Positions 8,025 to 16,439 of a stretch of 45,360 nt of DNA are shown here, piece after piece (the stretch's first letter is position 1; each line of letters begins with the position of its first letter). The translations under genes and the position numbers were made by a program. Origin of the DNA: Bacillota bacterium (GTDB taxonomy: Bacteria; Bacillota; Clostridia; Christensenellales; CAG-138). The DNA lies in assembly GCA_023416895.1 (NCBI GenBank), contig JAEZGQ010000002.1, positions 1 through 45,360 of the forward strand, given 5' to 3'. The notes beneath the pieces are model-generated. The model saw nothing but the letters and a program-made list of their open reading frames with translations, had not been told where the DNA came from and made no database searches.

Positions 8025-10544
8025 ATGACGATGATCAGCACTGTTGTTCTAGCAAGCCAAATATTTGCTGCACCTTCTGTGCGAGACGTTTTTGCATCCG
8101 TCGGAACTTTTCTGATCGCTAACGCACGCGAAGCAAATGCGGCAGAGCTTGCTATCATCAGCGTCCTAGTCATTCTCATGCTTGTCCTTCTCTACATTGC
8201 GAGAAACTTAGGTGCCTCCAAACGCGAACTTGAGCGCTTTAACGAACTTCGCAAGGCTTTTTTTGACGCGGAGGATACCGTTACCTATTTGAAAGACGAG
8301 CGCATGCGTTTTGCGTTTGTCAATTCCGCATTTGAAAAGTTCTGTGGGATGAACGAACAGGAAATTATTGGAAAAACTTCGCAGGAGGTGCTTCCTGCCG
8401 CCATTTCCGACGTTGTCCGCCAGATAGAGGCCGAGGCGCTTGAGGATATGCGCATCCAGACCGGCAATGTGGATTGGGAGCGGCGCGTTTATAAAATTAC
8501 GGCATTTCCGGTAAACATGCTCAACGGTAGCGTAGGTGTGGGCGTATATTTGCGCGACGTTACGTTGGAGAACAGCCATATGAAGCTGCAGCAAAGGCTT
8601 CTTAAGCGCAACGAAATTCTGGTGGACGTGCTCAACGGCAGCTTTAAAACAAGGGAAGAACAGCTTCAATACATGCTTTTGCAGGCACTCGAACTGACCG
8701 AGAGCAAGTATGGCTGCATTGTGCTTTATGACCAGCAGAACGACTCGTTCTATGAAGCTACGCTTTCCAACTCGGTTGCCGGCGACTTTGGCGACAAGAT
8801 TGCCGGACCGGTTGTACCTGATTTTTTGATCGACATCTATCGGGAAGCTGTGAAAACGAAAAAGCCGATCATCCAAAACGATTATCAGGATTATCTTGCC
8901 CAAAAAGGAAAAACATCCCCCTTTGCTCCCAATCCCATGCGCTACCTATGCGTTCCCGTGGTGATTGATGGGAATATTCCGGCCGTAGTGGGTTTGGCTG
9001 ATCGTGAAACCCCTTATTTTGGAAATTCGGCCTATGAGGCGACACTTCTGATGAACACCACATGGAATGCGCTTGAACGCCGCGAGGCGCAGGAAAACTT
9101 GATCTTCGCGCGCAACAAATATTTGCAGACCATTCTCTCCATCGGCGACGGCGTGATGGTTGTGGACAAGCTCGGGAAAATCGACATGCTCAATACCGTG
9201 GCTGAAAAGCTTACCGGTTGGTCGCTTGAAGAAGCCAAGGGCAGGCCGTATACGGAGGTTTTTGTACTTCAAAACGAGAGGCATCCAACCTCGATGGATC
9301 CTATCGAGCGCGCGCTCGCAAGCAACACCGTTGAAACCATGGAGAGCGATGCTGTTTTAACCTCGCGCAGCGGGGAACGCTACTTCTTGGAGGATAGCGC
9401 CGCGCCCATCCGCGACGAATCCGGAGAAACCGTGGGTGTTGTTCTTGTGTTCCGCGACGTTACGGATAAGCGCGAGCAGCGCGGCCGCATCGAGTATCTA
9501 AGTATGCATGACTCACTGACCGGCCTCTATAACCGCCGTTATTTCGAAGAGCAGATTCTTCGCTTCGATACGCCCGAAAACCTGCCGATCAGCGTAATCA
9601 TGGGTGACGTAAACGATCTGAAGCTTACAAACGATATTTTCGGTCATTCCGCGGGCGATCTTTCCATTGTCCATTCCGCGCAAGCCATTCAGAATGTCTG
9701 CCGCCCCGGAGACATCGCGGCGCGTTGGGGTGGCGATGAGTTTGTACTGCTGCTCCCTAAAACGATGCCCGAACAGGCGGCGCTCATTGTAGCGCGGATT
9801 CATGAAGAAATGTCTTCGCGTCGCGTTGCGGCGCTTCAATGCACCATGTCGCTCGGATATGATGTAAAAAGCGCGGCCGGTGAAGATATATGGCGTGTTC
9901 TCAACAGCGCAGAGCAAAAGATGTACGCCGAAAAAACGACCGACAGAAGCCGATTGCAGACGAGCACGCTCGATGCCATTGTACAAGCGCTTTACGACAA
10001 CTCCCAGCGCGAGCGGGAGCATGCCGAGCGCACAAGCGCTTACTGTGTGATGATCGGCCGGGCAATGGGCCTTCCCGAAGATGACCTTGCAAAGCTCAAG
10101 GATGCGGGCACCCTGCACGACATCGGCAAAATCGTGCTCGATCAAAACCTCGTGAGGAAAACGAGCGTGTATACCGAGTCCGACGCGAGCGAAATGAAAA
10201 AGCACGCATCCGTAGGCTACCGCATTTTAAATTCGTTTGATAGCACGCTCAACTTGGCGGAGGCCGTGCTTTCGCATCATGAGCGGTACGACGGCTACGG
10301 TTATCCCAAAGGCCTCAAAGGAACGCAAATCCCGATGATGGCGCGTATCATTTCCGTGGCTGAAAGCTATGAGCGCATTACGCGCGACTCCGCCGGCGTG
10401 AATGCCCGCACGCCCATTGAAGCGCTCGACATCCTTACCCAAAATGCGGGTACACAGTTTGACCCGTACATTGTGGAGCTGTTTGTTAAGCTCATTTGCG
10501 AGCGGGAACTTGGCGAAGAAGGCACCGGCGTGCGCAATATTTGA
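8025..10544 (+). CDS. membrane-anchored PAS-GAF-PAS-GGDEF-HD-GYP signalling protein (c-di-GMP synthesis/hydrolysis)
   Basis: ATG 8025 follows GGAGGGTGG. The GGDEF domain reads SLTGLYNRRYF ... RWGGDEFVLLL. The HD-GYP domain reads LHDIGKI ... HHERYDGYGYPKGL. No RxxD I-site is seen 5 residues upstream of GGDEF. Confidence 0.85.
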   Translation: MTMISTVVLASQIFAAPSVRDVFASVGTFLIANAREANAAELAIISVLVILMLVLLYIARNLGASKRELERFNELRKAFFDAEDTVTYLKDERMRFAFVNSAFEKFCGMNEQEIIGKTSQEVLPAAISDVVRQIEAEALEDMRIQTGNVDWERRVYKITAFPVNMLNGSVGVGVYLRDVTLENSHMKLQQRLLKRNEILVDVLNGSFKTREEQLQYMLLQALELTESKYGCIVLYDQQNDSFYEATLSNSVAGDFGDKIAGPVVPDFLIDIYREAVKTKKPIIQNDYQDYLAQKGKTSPFAPNPMRYLCVPVVIDGNIPAVVGLADRETPYFGNSAYEATLLMNTTWNALERREAQENLIFARNKYLQTILSIGDGVMVVDKLGKIDMLNTVAEKLTGWSLEEAKGRPYTEVFVLQNERHPTSMDPIERALASNTVETMESDAVLTSRSGERYFLEDSAAPIRDESGETVGVVLVFRDVTDKREQRGRIEYLSMHDSLTGLYNRRYFEEQILRFDTPENLPISVIMGDVNDLKLTNDIFGHSAGDLSIVHSAQAIQNVCRPGDIAARWGGDEFVLLLPKTMPEQAALIVARIHEEMSSRRVAALQCTMSLGYDVKSAAGEDIWRVLNSAEQKMYAEKTTDRSRLQTSTLDAIVQALYDNSQREREHAERTSAYCVMIGRAMGLPEDDLAKLKDAGTLHDIGKIVLDQNLVRKTSVYTESDASEMKKHASVGYRILNSFDSTLNLAEAVLSHHERYDGYGYPKGLKGTQIPMMARIISVAESYERITRDSAGVNARTPIEALDILTQNAGTQFDPYIVELFVKLICERELGEEGTGVRNI

Positions 10545-10571
10545 TTTTAGAAAGAAGAAGGGCATTTTGCC

Positions 10572-10880
10572 ATGAAAGAAGAAACAGAAAAACTTGTAGA
10601 GCGTTTCCTCGACGACGAAGGCCGCGTGAAACAATTCCCAGCGAAAGCCATACCGCGCGAAGCGGTGCTTTGTTATCTGGCCGAGAAATTTGAGCTTGAC
10701 GTGGAATACAAAGAGCGCGAGGTCAACGCCATTTTGACGCAATGGCATACATTCAACGATTATTTTATTCTGCGCCGATCGCTGATCGAATCGGGTTACC
10801 TCAAACGGCTCAACGATGGCAGCAAGTATTGGAAAAATCCCGAAAAGAAAAAGGAAACGTCAGAGCAAACGACGCTATAA
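10572..10880 (+). CDS. DUF2087 domain-containing protein
   Basis: Pattern FLDDEGRVKQFPAK...YLAEKF...YKEREVNAIL...FNDYFILRRSLIESGYL. Confidence 0.65.
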   Translation: MKEETEKLVERFLDDEGRVKQFPAKAIPREAVLCYLAEKFELDVEYKEREVNAILTQWHTFNDYFILRRSLIESGYLKRLNDGSKYWKNPEKKKETSEQTTL

Positions 10881-10896
10881 CCCACAAATAGCAAAT

Positions 10897-10933
10897 AAAA
10901 CGGCTCCCGTGAAGGTTCGCGGGAGCCGTTTTT
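10897..10933. terminator. bidirectional terminator between convergent DUF2087 gene and gatB
   Basis: AAAA-CGGCTCCCG-loop-CGGGAGCCG-TTTTT. Confidence 0.75.
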
Positions 10934-10941
10934 ACTGCTGC

Positions 10942-12372
10942 TTATTCGGTGCTGTTTACCACTTCTCGTACTAAAATTGTCTTTAGTATTTGCGGGTCTG
11001 CCTTGCCGGTGGCGGCTTTCATCACATACCCCATCAGCGCTTGCAGCGCATCCGCTTTTCCGGCACGGTAATCGGCAGCGGCCTTGGGGTTTTCTTTGAT
11101 CGCTTCTTTTACAAGCGCCGTCAGCGCCGCCTCGTCGCGGAGCTTAAAAAGCCCCATTTCTTCAGCCAAAGTACCGGGGGCTTTGCCGGTCTCCCACATG
11201 GCGCGAAGCACCTGTTTTGCGGCGCTTGCGCTTAGGCTGCCGTTTCCCATCATTTCGCACAATGCGGCAAAATGGACGGCATCGATCCGTGCGGCAATGC
11301 TTTCCTCAGCTTCGCGCAAACGAAACACCGTTCCTATGAGAAGGTTTGCAGCAACTTTGGGGTAGGCAGTTTGCTGCGCCACGGCCTCAAAATAATCCGC
11401 CACTTCGCGTTCGAGCGTCAGCTGCGCGGCAATGGGGGCGGCGAGGTTGTAACGCGCCATGTAGCGCCGCTTTCGTGCCTCGGGCAAAACGGGGAGCGCG
11501 GCGGCGATTTTCTCTACCTCGGTACGGTCGGTCACGATGGCGCACAAGTCGGGGTCTGGGAAGTAGCGGTAGTCGTCCGCATTTTCCTTGCGGCGCATGG
11601 TGTAGGTTTTGCCGCTTGCTTGGTCGAAACGGCGCGTTTCCTGCACGATCGCTTCTCCGGCCTCAATCGCGCGTATCTGGCGAGCTGCCTCGTACTGTGC
11701 CGCGCGGCGCACAGATTGGAAGGAGTTGAGGTTTTTGATTTCCGTGCGCTGTGTGAGAGCGCTCTCGCCAAGCTTGCGCACCGAAAGGTTCACGTCGCAG
11801 CGCATGGAGCCCTCGTTCATTTTGCAGTCGGAAATGCCTGTGTAAAGAAGAATGGCGCGGAGCTTTTCCAAAAAAGCGGCAGCTTCCTCGGGGCTTCTCA
11901 AATCCGGCTCGGTCACGATTTCGATGAGGGGAACGCCGCAACGGTTGCAGTCGAGAAGCGTGCCATGTACGGGATCATGTGTGAGCTTGCCCGCGTCCTC
12001 CTCCAGATGGATGCGGGTGATCCGCACGGTTTTTTCTCCTTGTTCGGTTTCAAGCGTTATATAGCCGTTTGCGCAAAGCGGAAGGTCGTACTGCGAAATT
12101 TGATACGCCTTGGGGAGGTCGGGGTACACATAGTTTTTGCGGTCGAGTTTGGAATAAGGTGCTATAGCACAGTTTGTTGCAAGCCCCGCGCGTATGGCGT
12201 ACTCGACTGCCGTACGGTTAAGCACGGGAAGTGCGCCCGGCATGCCCGTGCAAACGGGGCATATCTGCGTGTTGGGTGGAGCCCCGAAGGCAGTAGAACA
12301 GGAGCAGAAAATTTTCGATTGGGTTTTTAGCTCCACATGAATTTCAAGGCCGATTACAATTTCATACATCAT
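10942..12372 (-). CDS. gatB: Asp-tRNA(Asn)/Glu-tRNA(Gln) amidotransferase subunit B
   Basis: The sequence reads MYEIVIGLEIHVELKT...CPVCTGMPGALP, continues with typical GatB core motifs, and ends in a YqeY-like tail. The start overlaps the gatA stop (ATGA). Confidence 0.95.
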   Translation of the reverse strand: MMYEIVIGLEIHVELKTQSKIFCSCSTAFGAPPNTQICPVCTGMPGALPVLNRTAVEYAIRAGLATNCAIAPYSKLDRKNYVYPDLPKAYQISQYDLPLCANGYITLETEQGEKTVRITRIHLEEDAGKLTHDPVHGTLLDCNRCGVPLIEIVTEPDLRSPEEAAAFLEKLRAILLYTGISDCKMNEGSMRCDVNLSVRKLGESALTQRTEIKNLNSFQSVRRAAQYEAARQIRAIEAGEAIVQETRRFDQASGKTYTMRRKENADDYRYFPDPDLCAIVTDRTEVEKIAAALPVLPEARKRRYMARYNLAAPIAAQLTLEREVADYFEAVAQQTAYPKVAANLLIGTVFRLREAEESIAARIDAVHFAALCEMMGNGSLSASAAKQVLRAMWETGKAPGTLAEEMGLFKLRDEAALTALVKEAIKENPKAAADYRAGKADALQALMGYVMKAATGKADPQILKTILVREVVNSTE

Positions 12373-13844
12373 GCTTCACCTCCAAAGGCAGGCGCGCTCA
12401 TGTGGTAGGCGCCGTACGCGCGCTCAAACGACGCGCCGAGCGCGAGAAGCGTACTTTCGTCAAAGGCTTTTCCGATAAGCTGCATCCCAACGGGAAGCCC
12501 GTCCGTTTCGCCGCAAGGCATGGATAGCGCAGGAAGACCCGCGATGTTCACGGGAACGGTGCAGATATCGCCGAGGTACATGGCAAGCGGGTCGCCTATT
12601 TTTTCGCCGAAGGGGTAGGCTGTGGTAGGGGTAGTGGGGGTGAGCACCGCGTCAAAGCGGCAAAACACTTCATCAAACGCCCCCGAAAGAAGCGTGCGCA
12701 CCTGAAGCGCTTTTTTGTAATAGGCGTCGTAATAGCCCGCGCTAAGTGCAAACGTGCCAAGAAGAATGCGACGTTTTACCTCCGCACCGAAGCCCTCGCT
12801 GCGAGAGCGAAGGTAAAGCTCCTCAAGCGTTTCGCAGTTTTTTGCGCGGTAGCCGTAGCGCACGCCGTCAAACCGTCCGAGGTTTGAGCTTGCCTCGGCG
12901 CTTGAAATGATGTAATAAGCGGGCAGCGCGTGGGAAAGCGAAGGCATGGAAACCTCTTCTACCTTCGCGCCGAGCGATTCAAACCGTTGCGCCGCATGAA
13001 GCACGGAATCCTTTACACCCGCGTCGATGCCCGCACCGAAGAATTCGCGCGGCAAAGCAAGGCGCATCCCTGAAACCTCCCGTTCGAGCGCGCGCTGAAA
13101 CCCTGTTGTTAAATTAGGCACGGAGGTAGAGTCGTGTTCGTCGTAGGCACAGATGGCGTCGAGTACAATGGCGCAATCCTCTACGGTCTTCGTAAAAGCG
13201 CCGATCTGATCGAGCGAGGAGGCAAACGCCACAAGCCCGTAACGCGAAACGCGCCCGTAGGTGGGCTTCATGCCCACGATGCCGCAAAATGCCGCGGGCT
13301 GGCGGATGGAACCGCCTGTGTCGGAGCCCAAAGCATAGGCCGCTTCGTCGGCCGCTACGGCGGCGGCCGAGCCGCCCGAGCTGCCGCCAGGTACGCGCTT
13401 TAATTCACGCGGGTTTTTGGTGGTTTGGAATGCGGAGTTTTCGGTGCTCGAGCCCATGGCGAACTCATCCATATTTGTTTTTCCAAGAAATACCGCGCCC
13501 GCGTTGGAAAGCGCTTTTACAACGGTTGCTTCGTAAGGCGCACGGAAGTGCTCGAGTATTTTAGAGGCGCAGGTGGTATGGCCAAAGGCCGTGCAAAGGT
13601 TATCTTTGAGTGCGGCGGGAATGCCTGAAAGCGCTGGCAAATCCTCGCCCGAAGCACGCCGCGCGTCGATCCTCGCGGCTGTGTCAAGCGCCAAGTCCGC
13701 AAAAACCGAAAGGTACGCGCTGATGTGCGGCTCAACCTTTTCTATGCGCGAAAGGTAAGCCGCTGCGGCCTCCACGGCGCTCAGTTCGCGCGCGACAAGT
13801 TTTGTGCTAAGCTCCTTTATGCTCATGTGTGTAATGTCTTTCAT
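12369..13844 (-). CDS. gatA: Asp-tRNA(Asn)/Glu-tRNA(Gln) amidotransferase subunit A
   Basis: Amidase signature GGSSGGSAAAVAA and DTGGSIRQPAAFCG. The start overlaps the stop of the upstream aspS-gatC ORF (ATGA), and a GGGAGGA RBS is present. Confidence 0.95.
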   Translation of the reverse strand: MKDITHMSIKELSTKLVARELSAVEAAAAYLSRIEKVEPHISAYLSVFADLALDTAARIDARRASGEDLPALSGIPAALKDNLCTAFGHTTCASKILEHFRAPYEATVVKALSNAGAVFLGKTNMDEFAMGSSTENSAFQTTKNPRELKRVPGGSSGGSAAAVAADEAAYALGSDTGGSIRQPAAFCGIVGMKPTYGRVSRYGLVAFASSLDQIGAFTKTVEDCAIVLDAICAYDEHDSTSVPNLTTGFQRALEREVSGMRLALPREFFGAGIDAGVKDSVLHAAQRFESLGAKVEEVSMPSLSHALPAYYIISSAEASSNLGRFDGVRYGYRAKNCETLEELYLRSRSEGFGAEVKRRILLGTFALSAGYYDAYYKKALQVRTLLSGAFDEVFCRFDAVLTPTTPTTAYPFGEKIGDPLAMYLGDICTVPVNIAGLPALSMPCGETDGLPVGMQLIGKAFDESTLLALGASFERAYGAYHMSAPAFGGEA

Positions 13845-15937
13845 AGGCTGTCCTCCCGTTCAATGGCGGCGGGAACACGGATGTAGTCCCCGTAAAGCTC
13901 AGGCGCGTTTTTAAGAAGCGGAGCCTGCTCAAAAAAGTTTGCTTCGTCGGTTCGCAAAACGTTTTGAAGCGGGGCGATGTGCGCGGCGGGAGCGATGCCT
14001 GTGGTGTCGACCCCGTTGAGCTGCGAAGCAAAGCCGAGGATTGCGCCAAGCTCTTTTTGAAGTGTGCCGCGCTCATCTTCATTAAGCGAAAGCGAGGCGA
14101 GCTGCGCCACGCGCGCAATGTCGAAAGCAGCTGTGGAGGGGGAGTTTGGCGAAGCGTGTATGGTAGGAGCTCCATCGCCAAAGGCGGAAATGTGAAGCTC
14201 CTTGAGCTGTGCATCCTCCACAGGATCGGGCGCATTGGTCAAAAGGCATTTCGCATCCTTCGTTTTGGGGAAGGCGGTCACGTCGCGCAGGGAATCCGCG
14301 CCGCTTAAAAGCATCACAAACCGGTCGAGCCCAAAGGCAAAGCCGCCATGCGGCGGGGTGCCGTAGCGAAACGCGCGGATGAAAAACCCGAAGCGCCGTT
14401 CAACCTCTTCGTCGCTAAGCCCAAGCGCCTGAAACATGGCCTGCTGCACGTCGCTTGAATGAATGCGTACGCTGCCACTGCCTAGCTCCACGCCGTTGAG
14501 CACCACATCGTAGGCCTGTGCGCGCACGCGGGCGGGGTCGCTGAGCAAATACGGAAGATCCTCCTCGTGCGGCATGGTAAACGGGTGATGCGAGGCGACA
14601 AAGCGTTTTTCCTGTTCGCTGTATTCAAACTGCGGAAAGTCCACCACGAAAAGAAACGCAAACGCGGCCTTGTCGCGAAGATCGAGCATGTCGGCAATTT
14701 CAAGCCGGAGCGTACCGAGCGTACGCCGCACGGTGGCAAGCTTATCCGCGCAAAAAAGAACAAAGTCGCCGTTTTCAGCGCCGGTTCGGGAAAGGATATC
14801 CTCCCAAGCTTCTTGCGTGAAATACTTCTGGAGAATGGAGTTTACGCTGCCATCCTCGCGTAGCATGATCCAAGCCATGCCCTTTGCGCCGCATTGGATC
14901 GCGCGCTTGGTAAGAAGCTCGATTTCCGTTTTCGTGAAGCGCGCGCCGCCTTTCACTGTGAGAGCGCGCACAAAGCCACCCTTTTGCACAACGCTTTGGA
15001 ACACCGAGAACCCGCTTTTAGCGGCAATGTCCGTTACGTCGAGAATGGGCATTGCAAAGCGGAGATCCGGTTTATCGCTGCCATAAAGATCCATGGCTTG
15101 CTGCCATGTAAGACGCAGAAACGGCTTCTCAAGCTCGATGCCCATCACGGTTTTCATCAAGCTTTTGAAAAGCGTTTCAAGGTGAACGAGAATATCTTCT
15201 TGCGTTACGAAGGAAAGCTCCATGTCAAGCTGGGTGAATTCCGGCTGGCGGTCAGCTCTTAAATCTTCATCGCGGAAGCAGCGGGCCACCTGATAATAAC
15301 GGTCGAGCCCACCTACCATCAACAGCTGCTTGAAAATTTGCGGGCTTTGGGGGAGCGCATAAAACTCACCCGCGTGTACGCGGCTTGGCACAAGGTAATC
15401 GCGCGCGCCCTCCGGCGTGCTTTTGGTGAGGATGGGGGTTTCCACATCTACAAACCCTTGTGCATCAAGGTAATCGCGCGCAGCCTTTACCACCTTGTGG
15501 CGAAAGCGCAGCGCCTGCTGCATTTGCGTGCGGCGCAAATCGAGGAAGCGGTATTCCATGCGAAGATCCTCGCGAATGCGCGCGGAATCCTCCAAGGAAA
15601 AGGGGAGCGGAGCGGCCTCGGAAAGGACTGTAAACGAATCGGCCCTCAACTCGATGGTGCCGGTTTTGAGCTTTTCGTTGTAGGTTTGTGCATCGCGAAT
15701 GTACAAAAGCCCCTCCGCGCTCACAACCGATTCGAGCCTTGCGTTTTCCGCCGCATAAAACGCGCTCTCACCAAGAAGCGCCTTATTGCATACGACCTGC
15801 AATGTCCCCGTATAGTCGCGCACGTCAAGGAATACAACCCCGCCCATGTCGCGCTTGTGAAAGACCCAGCCGCTCACCCTGATGCGCTGCCCAACGCGGT
15901 TTTGCGTCGGCGTGCCGCAGTGCTCTGTTCGGTACAT
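13841..15937 (-). CDS. aspS: aspartyl-tRNA synthetase (likely non-discriminating) fused in frame to a full-length GatC domain
   Basis: ATG 15937 follows GGAGGTG. The AspRS class II core is present (FLDVRD, QSPQIFKQLLM, FRDEDLRADRQPEFTQLD, GLDR). The C-terminal ~94 aa (FDIARVAQLASLSLNEDERGTLQKEL...YIRVPAAIE) is GatC-like. No stop codon separates the two parts. Confidence 0.85.
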   Translation of the reverse strand: MYRTEHCGTPTQNRVGQRIRVSGWVFHKRDMGGVVFLDVRDYTGTLQVVCNKALLGESAFYAAENARLESVVSAEGLLYIRDAQTYNEKLKTGTIELRADSFTVLSEAAPLPFSLEDSARIREDLRMEYRFLDLRRTQMQQALRFRHKVVKAARDYLDAQGFVDVETPILTKSTPEGARDYLVPSRVHAGEFYALPQSPQIFKQLLMVGGLDRYYQVARCFRDEDLRADRQPEFTQLDMELSFVTQEDILVHLETLFKSLMKTVMGIELEKPFLRLTWQQAMDLYGSDKPDLRFAMPILDVTDIAAKSGFSVFQSVVQKGGFVRALTVKGGARFTKTEIELLTKRAIQCGAKGMAWIMLREDGSVNSILQKYFTQEAWEDILSRTGAENGDFVLFCADKLATVRRTLGTLRLEIADMLDLRDKAAFAFLFVVDFPQFEYSEQEKRFVASHHPFTMPHEEDLPYLLSDPARVRAQAYDVVLNGVELGSGSVRIHSSDVQQAMFQALGLSDEEVERRFGFFIRAFRYGTPPHGGFAFGLDRFVMLLSGADSLRDVTAFPKTKDAKCLLTNAPDPVEDAQLKELHISAFGDGAPTIHASPNSPSTAAFDIARVAQLASLSLNEDERGTLQKELGAILGFASQLNGVDTTGIAPAAHIAPLQNVLRTDEANFFEQAPLLKNAPELYGDYIRVPAAIEREDSL

Positions 15938-15959
15938 AACGCCACCTCCAAAGAAAAAA

Positions 15960-16272
15960 TGAATAAAAAAACACAGCCAATCGTCCCTCTTTGGGACGAA
16001 AGACTGTGAGCCTTTCGCGGTACCACCCAATTTGGCGTAAATACGCCCTCTTTATAACGACGCGCGAACTTGCCGCGGATCGCCTACGGCTATAACGCGC
16101 CGTGCGCGTCCGAGCCTACTTGCCGCCAAAACAGGGGCTTTCGGTCGGAGGCTCCGAGCTGTTCTTCCCCTGCGCCGCCGTGCCGCGCTTTCACCTTGCC
16201 GCGGCTCTCTAAGACATTGTACGCAGGATACTCTTCTCATCATCGCCTGAATGAAAATACAATTATATTATG
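15960..16272 (-). promoter_or_regulatory. T-box riboswitch leader of the aspS-gatC/gatA/gatB operon, candidate specifier AAC (Asn)
   Basis: On the minus strand I see a K-turn (TGATGAGAAGAGTA), an AGAGAG bulge, a GGTGAAAG distal loop and a specifier-loop context GAAG-AAC-A (AAC at 16161..16163). The T-box sequence AAATTGGGTGGTACCGCGAAAGG lies at 16009..16033. A terminator (CACAG..TCGTCCC-AAAGA-GGGACGA..CTGTG + T7) follows. Confidence 0.85.
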
Positions 16273-16275
16273 AGC

Positions 16276-16304
16276 ATTATATGCGCGCGCATTCGCATTG
16301 TCAA
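16276..16304 (-). promoter_or_regulatory. sigma-A promoter of the T-box leader (TTGACA-17-TATAAT)
   Basis: Minus strand reads TTGACAATGCGAATGCGCGCGCATATAAT. Confidence 0.75.
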
Positions 16305-16387
16305 TAACATTTCTTTCCTGCGGAAGAAATTATGCTTGTGCTCATAAATTTTGATTTTCATGCAAATAGCAAAAACGGTACTTTAAG

Positions 16388-16424
16388 CGAAAAAGAAAAG
16401 CCGGGTAGCGATTTTACCCGGCTT
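16388..16424 (-). terminator. intrinsic terminator after MCP-1
   Basis: Minus strand reads GCCGGGTA-loop-TACCCGGC followed by TTTTCTTTTT. Confidence 0.75.
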
Positions 16425-16439
16425 CAAGTTCATGCTATT

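Noticed and set aside
8208-10205. Minus-strand ORFs 8208..8903 and 9513..10205 inside the GGDEF/HD-GYP gene
   Set aside because: These are antisense shadows. The + strand frame carries PAS, GAF, GGDEF and HD-GYP motifs throughout.
11272-12330. 352 aa + strand ORF antisense to gatB
   Set aside because: This is a shadow ORF. gatB on the minus strand is unambiguous.
13807-14235. 142 aa minus-strand ORF in another frame over the gatC-like region, considered as a possible separate gatC
   Set aside because: Its translation (MRPILWRMHSSRSFTFPP...) is not GatC-like. The GatC-like sequence lies in the same frame as AspRS.
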